The translations under genes and the position numbers were made by a program. A stretch of DNA of 63,121 bases, the filler included, from Chiloscyllium plagiosum (lineage: Eukaryota): assembly GCF_004010195.1 (NCBI RefSeq). It is 4 parts of one record of this genome, joined end to end, with 100 filler letters (N's around TTAATTAATTAA, not from the genome) between each part and the next. Parts side by side here need not be neighbours in the genome. Positions count along the whole stretch, not along the records: positions 1 to 16,657 come from NC_057710.1; positions 16,758 to 42,822 come from NC_057710.1; 2 more parts are not named here. One strand, written 5' to 3'. Within the stretch, counting starts at the first letter, position 1, and each line of letters begins with the position of its first letter. The notes beneath the pieces are model-generated. The model was not told the DNA's origin. It ran no database searches and saw only the letters and a list, made by a program, of their open reading frames with translations. Positions 12,497 to 26,084 of this stretch are shown piece by piece.

Positions 12497-12923
12497 GAGT
12501 CATAGAGATATACAACACGGAAAGAGACCCTTCAGTCCAACTTGATATCCTAAATTAATCTAGTCCCATTTGCCAGCACTTGGCCCTTATCCCTCTAAAC
12601 TCTTCCGATTCATATACCCATCCAGATGTCTTTTAAATATTGAAATTGTATCAGCCTCCACCCCTTCCTCTGGCAGCTCATTCCATACATGCACCACCTT
12701 CTGTGTGAAAAAGCTGCCCCTTGGGTCCCTTTTAAATCTTTCCCCTCTCATCTTAAACCACGCCCTCTGGATCTGGACTCCCCTACCCCAGAGAAAAGCC
12801 TTGGTCTATTTACCCTATCCATGCTCCTGATGATTTTATAAACTTCTATAAGATCACCCCTCCGCCTCTGACGCTCCAGGGAAAACACCCCCAGCCTATT
12901 CAGTCTCTCCCTATAGCTCAGGA
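12497..12923 (-). mobile_element. 5'-truncated HER1-type CR1
   Basis: AGAGTCATAGAG tail; LSYRERLNRLGVFSLERQR. Confidence 0.9.
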
Positions 12924-12969
12924 ACTTTAGGAATAAAATTTGAGTTTTATTTACAACATCGTTCATGGC

Positions 12970-13145
12970 TTCAGCCTGTCATCTCCAAGGGAATTGCTTA
13001 CAATGAAGTACTTTTCAAGTTTGTCGATGCTGTAATGGAGGAAATACGGTGATCTGGTTTCACTGCAAGTTCCCACAAAAAGTGATAAGTTAATAATCAG
13101 GTTTTTATATTTGAATAATGTTGTATCAATGATAAATGTTGGCCA
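12970..13145 (-). mobile_element. Old Deu-domain-type SINE fragment
   Basis: caatgaagtacttttcaagt..tgtaatggaggaaa..cccacaaa. Related pieces lie at ~30800-30890 and 53615-53690. Confidence 0.45.
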
Positions 13146-13270
13146 TTACATTGAAATCAAAATCAGAATTATCACCATGTGAGTTTGGGAGGTCCAGGAG
13201 GGAAGTTGATTGCAGAGGTTAATATGCAGGTACACTAAATAACTAGGAAAGCTCATAGATTGTTATCATT

Positions 13271-14025
13271 AGAGTCATAGAGTTATACAGCACAGAAACA
13301 GACCCTTCGGTCCAACTCATCCATGCTGGCCAGGTTTCCCAAATGGAACTAATTCCATTTACCTGTGTTTATTCATGTACCTGCCCAAATGTCTTTCAAA
13401 CGTTATAACTATACTTGCATCTACCACTTCCTCTGGCAAGTTGTGACAAATGCAAACTACCCTCTGTGTGGAAAAAGTTGCCCATTAGGTCCCTGTTAAA
13501 TCTTCCCTCTCTCACCTTAAAACTAGTTTAAAACTGCCCTTTAGTTTTGGATTCCCTCACCCTAGGGAAACACCTTTGCTATTTTATAAACCTCTATATG
13601 GTCACCCCTCAGCCTCTGATGCTTCAGGGGAAAAAAAAATACAAGGACTATTGAACACATTAGCATGGAGATTACAATTCAATTAGTGGTGAGGCTGCAC
13701 TGGGAATACTGTGCATAGTATTGATCACTTTATTCCAGGAATAATGTAAATGTGTTCAAGCATTTCGGAAGATGTTCACAAAACTAATACCTGGAGTGAA
13801 CCAATGAGGAGAGGTTGTTCGGGCAAGGCTGGTGGTATTCAGAAAAGTAAGACTTTATTGGAACATGTAAACTCCTGAGGCAAATTGACAGGGTAGGTGT
13901 AGAGGGATGGCTCCTCTTGTGGGTGAATCTAGAATGCAGGATCACTGTTTAAAATCCAGGGATTGCCATTTATAACAGAGATTTGGTGTTTTGTTTTTCT
14001 CTCACAGCGGGTTGAGAGTTTTTGG
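13271..14025. mobile_element. HER1-type CR1 3' end (minus, 13271-13630) within an old plus-strand CR1
   Basis: AGAGTCATAGAG tail. The host has degenerate ggaatactgtgcatagtattg. Confidence 0.75.
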
Positions 14026-14029
14026 AACT

Positions 14030-15430
14030 TTGGTCTGCACAGGATCTGAGTGCATGACTGGGGACTCCATCCGGGCCTGTTGCTTTCCATGGGTTCACCC
14101 TTAAGAAGGCTGATCGCACATCTGAGGTGGTGACTGTGAGGACAGGAGTATCTGAGGCTGTTGGGATAGGTGATATCACTGACCTTCTGTTTAAAGAGAG
14201 CGTAGAATGCATTGAGCTCATCAGGTAGTGATATTGTGTTGCCTGTGATTCTGTTCAACTTTGTTTTATAGCCCGTTGTGTCATGTAAGCCTTACCACAA
14301 ATGACAGGTGTCCACGTGGTTAGTCTGGGTCTCAAACATAATTTGGTATTGCCTCTTGGTGTCTCTGATGGCCTTGCAAAAGTCGTACCTGGATTTGCTG
14401 CTTAGGGTCGGTGGACCAAATTGTACGTCTCAGACCTGGACTTCAGTGGGGAATGGATCGCCCAGTTTATTCATGGTTTCCAGTTAGGGAATATTTGGTT
14501 AAACGTCTCCGGCACGCAGTCTCCTATACACTTACTGATGATGTTTGTGACGTTGGTGGCGTACTCATGTTAGGTTGGCAGCTGAGTTCTTGAATGTGAA
14601 CCAGTCCACGCACTCTGATCAGTCCCGTGGAAGCTGTTCCGTTACCTCAGACCAACATTGCATGACCGACTGTAAAGGGTCCTCACACTTCAGTTTCTCC
14701 TTGTAAGCCAAGAGGAGAAGCACAGCCATTGTGATCAGATTTTCCAAAATATGAATGGAGTATAGAGCAATCATTCTTTTATGGTTGTGTAGCAATTGTC
14801 AAGGATGTTCAAACCTCTGGTGAGACAGGAGGTGTGTTGGTGAAACTTTGGTAGCACATGCTTGACATTAGTCTGGTTGAAGTCACTGGCTACAATGAAC
14901 AAGGCCTTGGGATATTCTGTCTCAAGACTGTATGTAATGTTGTACACTTCATCAAGTGCACTCTTCACTTCCACTTGGGATGGGATGTAGACTTCTGTCA
15001 GAATGGTAGAGGTGAACTCCTGTGGCAAGTAGTAAGGATGGCATTTCACTGTTAAATATTCTAGGTCCGGGGAGAAGTAACTCACCAGAGTTACCACGTC
15101 TGAGCACCAGGGGGTGTTGATCAGGACGCAGAGACCTCCACCATTTGCCTTGCCTGAGGATGCCATGCAGTCCATCAGTGAATTGAGAAGCCCTTACATT
15201 GTAAGGTACAGTCAGGAGAAGCAGGGGTAAGCCATGGCTTTGTAAAACTGAGCACACAGTAGTCCCTCAATTTGCTTTGGAAGGTGAGTCTAGCTTTAAG
15301 TTCATCCATCTTGTTCTCAAAGGCTTGGATGTTTGCTAGGAGTATGTTGGGGAGGGGAGAATTGAAACCCGTAATTTTCAGTCTCACCTGAAATCCAGCA
15401 CATCTTCCATGTTTCCTGGGTAGATAGCTG
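14030..15430 (-). mobile_element. Rex1/Babar-clade LINE fragment (APE endonuclease to start of RT), frameshifted
   Basis: PLPNILLANIQAFENKMDEL; SGKANGGGLC..WC..SPDLEYLTVKCHPYYLPQEF; ASDFN; VNPWKATGPDGVP. Confidence 0.85.
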
Positions 15431-16029
15431 CTCCTAGTCGATCCCAGATATCGGTAAGTGAAGCCAGCGGCTCCTGGCGGTGAGTGAGTGTTCCTGATGT
15501 GGTGCTGAACACCAGTTGAAGGGCGGCTCTGGAAGGTCAGGCCTCCTCAATGTCGGGTGGCCGCGGAGTGAGGTTTTGTTCCTGCACCAATGGGGCCTTG
15601 TTCTGCTTTTCCATGAGGTCGGGCCTACAAGAGGCCAGGCTTGCAGCTTCTGTGTTGGTAAGGTAGGTGGGTGCTCTTGCAGGGGTCCTGGGCACCAGTC
15701 GCGGCCTTGAGCGATTCGGGGTGGGGGGAGAACCATGCAATTCGTCTGGTTGGATCATCTCAATGTCAGGTCACCATGGGGTCAGCTCTCAATCACACAC
15801 TGGACAGGTTTCGATTTCAGTGTCAGTAATCAGGCTTTGCCAACTGGACATCTGCAGAATTAAGAGAGTATTGTTAGTAACATTAACAAATGTAAGAATA
15901 AGATCTGTTGTAGAAAGCTGACAAGGAGTGGCCACATTCCGCTGCAGGACCTGTCATTTTGAGGACCCTGCCTGTCTGTTTTAGGCTGTCCATATCATAT
16001 AATAAACTCCACGTAAAGCAGACCCCAAG

Positions 16030-16657
16030 GAAGATATCATAGCAATGACAGAAACATGGCTCAGGGGTGGGCGGGACTGGCAGCTTAATATTCCAGGACA
16101 CAAATGATACAGGAAGGATAGAAAGGGAGGCAAGAGAGGAGGGGAAGTGGCATTTTTGATAAGGGATAGCATTACAGCTGTGCTGAGGGGGGATATTCCC
16201 AGAAATACATCCAGGGAAGTTATTTGGGTGGAACTGAGAAATAAGAAAGAGACGATCACCTTATTAGGATTGTATTATAGACCCCCTAATAATCAGAGGG
16301 AAATTGAGAAACAAACTTGTAAGGAGATCTCAGCTTTTTAGAATAATAGGGTAGTTATGGTAGGGGATTTTAACTTTCCAAACATAGACTGGGACTGCCA
16401 TAATGTTAAGGGTTTAGATGGAGAGGAATTTCTTAAGTGCGTACAAGACAATTTCCTGATTCAGTATGTGGATGTACCTACTAGAGAAGGTGCAAAACCT
16501 GATCTACTCTTGGGAAATAAGGCAGGGCAGGTGACTGAGGTGTCAGTGGGGGAGCACTTTGGGGCCAGTGACCATAATTCTTTTCTTTTTAAAATAGTGA
16601 TGGAAAAGGATAGACCAGATCTAAAAGTTGAAGTTCTAAATTGGAGAAAGGCCAATT
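16030..16657 (+). mobile_element. CR1 ORF2 APE endonuclease fragment, runs into a gap
   Basis: IIAMTETWL, GLYYRPPN, VGDFNFPNIDW, GASDHN. Confidence 0.92.
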
Positions 16658-16757
16658 NNNNNNNNNNNNNNNNNNNNNNNNNNNNNNNNNNNNNNNNNNN
16701 NTTAATTAATTAANNNNNNNNNNNNNNNNNNNNNNNNNNNNNNNNNNNNNNNNNNNN
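16658..16757. other. Assembly gap with artificial linker (44N + TTAATTAATTAA + 44N)
   Basis: The same 100 bp construct occurs at 42823-42922 and 55281-55380. Confidence 0.97.
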
Positions 16758-17545
16758 GACCTTCCTCCTACACTACTACATTGACCTTCCACCTACACTG
16801 TTACATTGACCTTCCTCCTACACTCGACATTGGCCTTCCTCCTACACGGCTACATTCATCTTCTTCCTGCCCTGCTACATTCACTTCCCCCCTACACTGT
16901 TACATCGAGCGTCCTCCTACACTACTGCATTGACCTTCCCCCTACTCTTCTACTTTAACCTTCCTCCCGCATTGCTACATCGACATTCCTCCCAGACTGC
17001 TGCATTGAAAGTCCTTCTACACCGTTTCATTCAGCTTCCTCCTATATTGCTGCATTGATCTTCCTCCTACACCTCTGCATTGACCTTCTGTTTACACTGC
17101 TATATTGACCTTTGTCCTACACTGCTCCATTGACCTTCCTCCCACGCTGCTACTTTGATCTTCCTCCTACAATTCTATGTTAACCTTCCTCTTACATGGT
17201 AAGTTGACCTTTCTCCTACACTGCTACATTGTGCTTCCTCATACACTGCTACATTGACCTTCCTCCTGCACTGTTACATTGAGCTTCCTCCTGTACTGCT
17301 ATATTGACCTTCCTCCAACACTGCTACCTTGAATGTCTTCCTATACTGCTACATTGACCTTCCTTCTGCTCTGCTGCATTGATCTTCTTCCTGCACTGGT
17401 ACATTGACTTTCCACCTGCACTGTAACATTGATCCCACACCTACACTGCTCCATTGACCTTCCTGCTGCATTGGTACATTAACCTACACTGTTACATTGA
17501 CCTTCCTCCTACCCTTCCTCCTGCACTGCAGCATTGACCTTCTAC
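16758..17545. repeat. Minisatellite with 25 bp unit ~ATTGACCTTCCTCCTACACTGCTAC, about 30 diverged copies
   Basis: Direct periodicity is visible in the sequence. Confidence 0.92.
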
Positions 17546-17901
17546 CACTATGGCTGAGCTTTCTGTTTCCCTTGGGATACAGTACAGACCCACGTTATAA
17601 GTTTTGTCCAAATGTGCTGTGTCTGCAGGCATGACATCCTGTGACAGCTAGCTGAAATGAGGACTCCTTTCCCCTCAACCAGTCTATCCACAAACTACTC
17701 TAGGTCCCTTCCCATGAAACACCAAAGGTGCATTTCTTTCCACGGGTCATGGGTTTGGTCAAACAGTCTGGCAACACAGTAAGAAGGGCAGTCCCTGTTT
17801 TGCAGCCTCTGAGTGGTGTGCATCGGATGCCAGATATATGTTCACCAAAGTCCTTACAGTGGCAGGTACGATGGAAGAATGCATGACCCATAGTGTCACC
17901 G

Positions 17902-18009
17902 AGTCATAGAGTCATAGAGATGTACTGCATGGAAACAGAGCCTTCGGTCCAACCCGTCCATGCCAACCAGATATCCCAACCCAATCTAGTCCCACCTGCC
18001 AGCACCCAA
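17902..18009 (-). mobile_element. HER1-type CR1 tail fragment
   Basis: GAGTCATAGAGTCATAGAGATGTAC.. Confidence 0.85.
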
Positions 18010-19409
18010 TGAATCTCACTTAAAACTCTGTTGCAATTGAGAAGATTTTTCTCAATGTTTCAGGGGCAGGGACAGGCTGTTTGATTAATGCATTCAACAT
18101 GGACTTTGAAACCCCATCTTGGAAATGAGGAGGGTTCAAGGGTGACTGAGAGAAGGGGAATCGATACTGCAAAGTGTCTGGGCAAAGATTATCAACAAAT
18201 GAGAATCTACATTCCTCCTTTTGACATTCGTTGGCATCAACATCACCAGATCCTACATCATTGATATCCTGTGGTCACCATCGACCTTGAGCCCAACTGG
18301 AAGTGATGCAATTACTCCTGATTTTTGAATCCCAATGATTTTACACCCAATGATATTAATGCTGGTTACAAGAACTGAAAAGAAAGTGAAAAGCAGGTCA
18401 GTCCAGAAAGACACAAATATCCTTGAATTTGGTAACAGTTGAAGGGGTAATAATACTTTGTAAACGCAATTGATGTGTCAAATTTAGCACATTGAATGTC
18501 TGATTTTTTTGGCAACTTAAAATTGGACTATTTTCTGAGCCATTATTGCTGTTGTCTTTTTAAAATTCTAATGCTCCCTATGGTCTGTTGTTAGTATTAG
18601 TTGTATTCAAACTGAGTTTGTTCTACTTGCCCTCTGTGTTTCTGTGAGTCTGTGACTTGGTAAATAAAATAAATACAGCAAGTGATATTTTGCATGTAGC
18701 TGCTAAGAACTGTTTGATTATTTATTTGGAACCATGCCTCACACGCTAGGAATTATTCTGATATAGTACTTGGATTGATGCCATTCTTTGCTTTCTCTTC
18801 CCTCTGATTCTGGAATTGGACAGAGTTGACAGAAGGTAAAATAGCAGCATGAATGCTAAATAGGACACTTTGCCCCTCAGCATACAAATATCAGCATTTA
18901 TGTACAACATGACATGTATTGCCAATTCCAAAGCTTCAGAATCGGATAATTGCATCTATGCAGTGAATTAACTCAACTCAGTTCACTCTTCTCAATTGGC
19001 ATGACCTTGTGATTATTGTTTTAGCTCTTAAGGAGTATGGAAAAGAAACGGTATACTATTAACTCATCATTAGCTGAGAGAAAAAAAAAACACAAGACAA
19101 GGATACAGTTATGAGCCATATCTTTCATAAAGCTCCTTGGGCACCATATAAAGAGCATTTAAGATGAAGAATCTCACAGGCAATGTCCAATCTTCTTTAT
19201 TATGACCTATTCATGAATGAAGACTTTAGATATTTTGGTTCAGGGGTCCAGAACAGGTCAGGGTAACATTAAACAATAGTGCTCACTCAGTTGGCTGGTT
19301 TGTAATGCAGACTGACACTAACAGTCCAAGTTCAATATCCACACTATCTGAAGTCACCATGCCTTCCCAAACCTGCTCTCTGCTAGTGGTGTGGTGACCT
19401 TCACTACCA

Positions 19410-19800
19410 TAGAATCATTGAATTGTATCATACAGAAGGGGGCCATTCAACTCACTTTGGCTGTACTGGTTGCTAGTCTAGTTCTCCAGCCCTATCTCCA
19501 TAGCCCTCTAACTTCATCACTTTCAAATATATATCCAGCTGGCTTTTGATACTGCGTATGGAATCCCTGTTTACCTTCTCTCCAAGGCAGCACATTCCAA
19601 ATCCTAACAACTCTCTGACTAAAGAAGTTTGTCCTCATCTCACTCCTAGGTCTCTTGCTGACATTGAAGTTGCAACCCCCTGACATACCAACTACTGGAA
19701 ACAGAATATCTTTCTTTGCCCTGTCAAAATTGTTCACAATTCTGAACATCTCAATAAAGTTACCTCTTAATCTTCTCTGCTCCAAAGAGAATAAGCACTG
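19410..19800 (-). mobile_element. Old CR1 3' end
   Basis: FSLEQRRLRGNFIEMF..NFFSQRVVRIWNVLP. Same subfamily as 41150-41800. Confidence 0.8.
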
Positions 19801-20811
19801 CAAATTTCTGTTATATATCTCTCAACCCTGCAGTACACACTCGTTTTGAGTCACACAAGCAAATAAAACATTTTAAAAAAGAAGTTACATCTCTACCAGA
19901 ATTGTTCGGAATTGGTACGGGAGGCTAGAACATTACTGTGTTTAATTATAACTCTCATCATTGAACATGTAGTCCAGGCTCACATCAAACAATGACAGCA
20001 ACCTGCAGAAAATCTTTTTCAAGACAACACCACCCACCTAATTACAAAGTCACAGTCAGGATAGATACTATTTCCTAATTACTTCACTGTGGATTGTGAT
20101 GTAGAAATGATCTACAGCCAAATAAAGGTCAACATTAAATTGTCAACTTGATACCATGATCTTGCCATGATTTTACTAAATGGTGGAGAAAGGCTTAATG
20201 TTTGTAAGTTTATCCGGTCAATTGAAAAATATTCAATCACATTCTTGACTTCTGGTGAATTATGGGATAGTCTATCAGCCTGGTGAAGACAGAGATTAAA
20301 ATTTTCCGAGTTTAAGCCTAAAGCAGGGTCTCCAGAAATGATATAACATGTCATGCAGTTCTGAGAGTGTGCTGTGTAGACTGAGCACTGAAATTCCACA
20401 CTCCTGATCCATTATTTCAAGGCACAAATTAAAGAGGAGATTTTCCAGGCAAATCTCCCATGCAAGGTTACATGATCAAAGTGCACAATTTGTACTGCTA
20501 GTGTTTTGCTTAGCAACCACCACACAAAGAAAAACATATTTCATAGTACTAATATTTCATAGTCTTTCATCTCATTGCTGTCTACACTATGCTGCTGATA
20601 TGGAATGGATGCATTTGTCTATGTCACAACACTCAGTGCACTTCAGCAAAAATTATAGATACAAGCAGCTGAGATATTTTTATGTGAAAATGAGAAATAA
20701 ATCCATGCATTATTATTCATTCGCGATCCAGAGGTCTAGATGGATAATCCAAAGATTCAAATTGTGAGTTCAAATCCTGCCATGGCAGTTTAAGTATTAG
20801 TTGAAGTATTT

Positions 20812-21137
20812 GGGGTGCCACGGTGGCTCATTGGTTAGCACTATAGCCTCACAGCACCAGGGATCTGGGTTTGATTCCATCCTTGAGTGACTGCGTAGAG
20901 TTTGCACATTCTCCCCGTGTCTGTGTGGGTCCCCTCTGGGTGCTCTGGTTTCCTCCCACAATCCAAAAGACATGCAGGCCAGGTGAATTGGCCAGGCTAA
21001 AATTGCCATAGTGTTAGGTGCATTAGTTAGGGGCAAATATAGGGTAGGGGAAGGGGCCTGGGTGGGTTACTCTTCAGAGGGTCAGTGTGGACTTGTTGGG
21101 CTGAAGGGCCTGTTCCCATTCTGTAGGAAATCTAATC
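20812..21137 (+). mobile_element. Full-length HE1-like SINE nested in an older SINE (~20715-21330)
   Basis: GGTGCCACGGTGGCTCATTGGTTAGCAC..AGAGTTTGCACATTCTCCCCGTG..TCTAATC. Confidence 0.9.
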
Positions 21138-22418
21138 AGAATTCAGTTTAACGAGTTTGTAAGTTAAAAGCTGCAATCAGAAGAAGAGGGTATAGCATTA
21201 TCAGATTATTGTGAAAACCCAACCAGTTTGTTAATATCCTTTGGAGAAAGAAATTGTCTGCTCTTACCTGGTCAGGTCCATTATGACTCCTGCATCTCAA
21301 TAATGTGATTGACTCTTAACTACCTTCAGGACAGAACTTGAGAATCATTCACTTATGACAAGTTATATAAGTTGCTTCAAGGTGAAGATCCACCATCACC
21401 ATTATCCTTCATCTTATTTCATCCTTACATCTGGTCAACACCTGATCTCCAAACTCATAGCCATGTGGTTGGCTCTGAAACAGCCTAGCCAACTACTCAG
21501 TTCAAGGGTAATCAGAGATGAACAACAAAAGCTGGCTCAATAACAGCTGGAGAAATGCTGCAGGTCTGGTGTCATGCGTGGTGAGAAAACAGAGTTGACA
21601 TTTTGAATCCAGTAACGCCTCTTCAGGATTCTGGCTCTGCCAGCATTGCTTACATCTCACGAGAGAATAACCAAACCAATTATCTCAGGGTAACTAAAGA
21701 TGAGTATGAATTACTAACCTTCTCAGGGCTTTCCATACATCAAAAATGAATGATGTGTGCATGTTCCTTTATAAAATGATAATCATTATTACCAGTGATG
21801 TTTGTTTTCTTCTGTATTCCTGTCACATATTTGTAGACTATTGAGCTAAGTGTACAAGAATCTATCATGCTCAAATTGTTTTCAATTGATGCCAGACAAG
21901 GTAGATCTTTAATTCATTCTCAAGCTCTATGGATGCTTTCTAAGGTTTGGACCATTCATGGTATCTCCCCATCCCTATCCCATCAAATTACCACAGAATA
22001 AAACCCTCTGTGATCTCTGAACTTCTTAAATTTGGACCCCTTAAGCTTTCCTGATTTCTTCAGTAATAGTGACTGTGCCTTAAGCTACCCAAATCCGAAG
22101 CTCAGTAATTCCCTCCCTGATTCTGTCTGCCTCTCTATCCCTTTTTCCTTTATGAAATGTCTTGGGCAGATTTTTAGTTATGTTCGAGAACAGGACCTTA
22201 TGTGGCTTGGTGTTATTTTGCTTTGTAATGGTCCTGCAAAACACATTGAGACATTTTATTACATTAAAGACCCTATTTAATGCAGAATTTTGTTTGTTGA
22301 TTCAAGCTTGTGTGTTTTCCACTCACCTTCCTTTGTTTATCTTTTGTTTTTCCTACACACAGTATCAAAAAAGTCAGACATTGAAACTTGAACCTATCTT
22401 GTTTGAATGATTCTTTGT

Positions 22419-22510
22419 AGGAGAAAGTGAGGGCTGCAGATGCTGGAGATCAGAGCTTAAAAATGTGTTGCTGGAAAAGCGCAGCAGGTCAGGCAGCATC
22501 CAAGGAGAAG
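22419..22510 (-). mobile_element. 92 bp PLE 3'-terminus insertion without the hammerhead core
   Basis: Matches the tail at 58145-58237. Flanks GATTCT[T/G]TGT lie at 22409-22418 and 22511-22520. Confidence 0.75.
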
Positions 22511-22697
22511 GATTCTGTGTGTCTAACATGCTGAAGCAATAATTCCATGCAATGGTTTGTTCCAGTTGTCTCACTTAATACAAGGAATGATTCACTACAC
22601 AATATTTCTTTCAACCAAATTATCTACTCTACTTTCAGATATATTTTACCTTGTTCACATGAAATACCCTAACTTTATCAGCTGTGTTGATTGGATA

Positions 22698-25600
22698 GGA
22701 TGATCCCTGGTATGGAGGGATTGTCTTATCAAAATAAACGCTAAACAGGTTGAGACTACTCACTGGAGATTGGAAGAATGAGAGGTGGTCTCACTGAAAC
22801 AAGTAGGATTAGGGGCTTGACAGGGTAAACACTGAGAGGATGTTTCCTATCATGGGAGAACTTAGGACCCAGAGGCATAGTTTCAGAATAAAGAGGCACC
22901 ATTTTAAGAATGAGATGAAATTCAGTAAAGTGTTCGCCAAGGTTCCTCATGGTAGACTAGTTAGCAAGGTTAGATCACATGGAATAGAGGGAGAATAGTC
23001 ATTTGGTTGTCAGGGTTTCTGCCTTTACCAACCTTACAGGCAGAGAGTTCCAGATTCCCACCACCCTCTGGATAAAAATATTTTTCCACACATCTCTTCT
23101 AAAACTCCTGCTTCTTTCCATAAATATATGTCCTCAGTCAGTGATCTCTCCATCAGCATGAGAAGGTCCTTCCTGTCTTTCCCTATCTATGTCCCATATA
23201 ATTTATACATCCCAATCATGCACCCCTCAGTCTTCTCTGCTACAAGGAAATCAACCCCAGTCTGTCCAACCTCTCTTTATAATGAAAACTCTCCAGCCCA
23301 GGCAATATCCTGTAAATCTCTTCTGCACTGTCTCCAGTACTATTACATTCTTCTATAATATGGATTTCACAACAGTAAACAATGCTCTAGCTGTGGTCTA
23401 AGCAACATTTTTTCTAGTTTCAGCATCACATCCCTGCTCTTCAACTCCATGCCTGGGTTGATAAAGGCAATGCTCTCTGAACCACTCTATCCACCTGTCC
23501 TGCTACCTTAAGGGACTAGTGGATGTACGTAACATGGTCCCTCTGAGCCTCGATTCTTCCCAGAATCCTACCTCTCCTTGCCTTGTTGACCTGCCCAACA
23601 TTACCTCACCTTGATCCAAATTGAATTCCATTTGCCCACTGATTGCCTCATCTGGCCTACCCATCTATATTCTCCTGTAATCTAAGGCTATCCTCCTAAC
23701 TATGTACCACCCATCGATTTTTGTATCATCCGTGAACTTATAGATCAGCTCTCCAACACGTCGGTCTAAATCATTTATATATACCACAAACAACCACAGC
23801 CCCAACACTGATCCCTGCAGGATCCCACTGAACACAGGCTTCAAATCAGAAAAACACCCTTCAACCATCACTGTTTGCTTTCTGCCACTGAGCCACCTCT
23901 GGATGCAATTTGCCAAATTTCTTTAGATCTCCTTGGATCTTATCTTCATGAGTCTCCCATGTGGAACTTTATCTAAAGCCTTGCTAAAGTCCAAATAGAT
24001 TACGCTGAATGCATTGCCCTTATTTACACCTGGTCATCCCTTTGAAAAATTCAATCAAGTTGGTCAGATACGATCTCCCCTTAACAAAACCAAGCTGACT
24101 ACTTTTGATTACTCCTTGCCTTTCCAAGTGCAGATTAGTTAGAACATAGAACATTACAGCACATTACAGGCCCTTTGGCCCTCAATGTTGCACCGCCTTG
24201 TGAAACCAATCTGAAACCCATTGAAGCTCGTCCGTATGCCTATCCAATGACCATTTAAATGCCTGTAAAGTTGGCGAGTCTACAACTGTTGCAGGCAGTG
24301 TGTTCCACGCCCCCTACTAATCTCTGGGTAAAGAAACTACCTCTGACATCTGTCCTATATCTAAAATCCCACAATTTAAAGCTATGCCTCCTTGCACTAG
24401 CCATCACCATCTGAGGAAAAAGGCTCTCCCTGTCCACCTGATCTAACCCTCTGATTATCTTATGTGTGTCAGTTAAGTCACCTCTCAGCCTTCTCTTCTC
24501 TAATGAAAACAACCTCAAGTCCCTCAACCGTTCCTCATAAAAACTTTCCTCCATACCAGGCAGCATCTTAGTAAATCTCCTCTGAACCCTTTCCAAAGCT
24601 TCCACATCCTTCCTATAATGCAGTGACCAGAACTGCACGCAATACTCCAAGTGCACTGCACCAGAGTTTTGTACAGCTGCAGCACGACCTCATGGTTCAG
24701 AAACTCAATCCCTTTACTTATAAAAGCTAACACATTTGATGCCTTCTTAACAACCCTATCAACCTGGGTGGCAACTTTGAGTGATCTATGTACATGGGCA
24801 CTAAGATCTCTCTGCTCGCCGAAACCACCAAGAATCTTACCATTAGCCCAGCACTCTGCATTCCTGTTACTCCTCCCAAATCATCTCACATGTTTCCGCA
24901 TTAAACTCCATTTGCCACTTCTCAGTCAACTCTGCAGCTTATCTGTGTCCCTCTGTAACCTGCAACATCCTTCAGCACTATCCACAACTCCACTAACTTT
25001 AGTGTCATCCATAAATTTATTAACCCACCCTTCTACGCCCTCATCCAGGTCGTTTATAAAAATGACAAATAGCAATGGACCCTAATAGATCCTTGTGGTA
25101 CACCACTAGTAACTGAACTCCAGGATGAACATTTCCCATCACTACCCTCTGTCTTCTTTCAGCTAGCCAATTTCTGATCCAAACCACTAAGTTGCCTTCA
25201 GTCTCATGCCTTCATATTGCATGCAGTAGCCTAATGTGGGGAATCTTATCAAATGCCTTACTGAAATCCACATACACCTTTACCCTCATCCACCTGTTTA
25301 GTCACTTTCTCAAAAAGCTGTCCCTCAGAATTGCTTCCAAAAGTTTCCCCTCCACTGAGGTTAAAATGACCAATCTGATTTCTTTGCGTATTCCTTGCTC
25401 CCTTCTTGAACAATGATGCCACATTGAAAGTCCTCAGTCCTGCCAGCAACCCCAATAGTTTCTCTTTTGCCTTGCTCAACATTTCATGTGGCCCAAGGGA
25501 TTCATCTTCTTTTAAGCCTGCCAGACACCAGATAACCTCTGACCTGCATATGCTAACTTCTTTAAGGTTATCACAGTCCTTCTCCGTGATTTCGAAACCG

Positions 25601-25860
25601 ACGTCATCCCTATTACTAAGAAATACAGACATAAAGTATTCATTTAGAACTCAAATTATGTCCTCTAGCTCTGTGCACAAATTACCATTGTGGTCTTATC
25701 CTTTCCCTTGTTAGCTTTTTACCCTTAATGTACTTAAAAAATAACTTAGGATTTCCTTTGTTTAACCTGCCATATTCCTTTCATGCTCCCTTTTTGCTTG
25801 ACTAATTTTATTTTTATATTTCCTCCGACACATTCTATAGTCCTCCAGGCCCTCTGCCAT
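22698..25860 (-). mobile_element. Nested CR1 cluster: older minus-strand CR1 with a younger (CTATGTT)n-tail CR1 at ~24141-25310; short plus-strand pieces at 22698-23005
   Basis: QGSVLG/KFTDDTK; HLEYCVQFWS..ERVQRRFTKMLPG; AGAACATAGAAC tail. Confidence 0.85.
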
Positions 25861-26084
25861 TTTCAGCAATTTTGAATTGAGCAATGGGAAATATGCTTCA
25901 GCTGGTGCTTAATGTGGAGATTTCAAGCTACAGGGCATTAGAAATAAAGAAAACCTGCTTAGCTCTGTTGCAGCACCATTGGCGTATTTTACTTACTAAA
26001 TATTCAAATGAAATGTAAATTGTGAATAATTTGTTGTGGCTGCTGTTTCCAATTTAAATCAGGCTCCTGACCCTTGAGTCTGGA

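Noticed and set aside
16702..16713. TTAATTAATTAA palindrome recurring three times (also 42867 and 55325)
   Set aside because: It is always centred in 44N+12+44N and has stops in all six frames. It is an artificial scaffold linker, so adjacency across these gaps is also uncertain.
16758..17545. CRISPR-like periodicity
   Set aside because: The units are contiguous and diverged, with no unique spacers and no cas genes, in a vertebrate context.
18746..18955. 69 aa ORF with a hydrophobic stretch, and ORF 20112-20399
   Set aside because: Both are short, with no recognisable homology or splice support, and are expected by chance.
20812..20885. tRNA-like A/B boxes
   Set aside because: These are SINE heads that continue into the V-domain, with no full cloverleaf.
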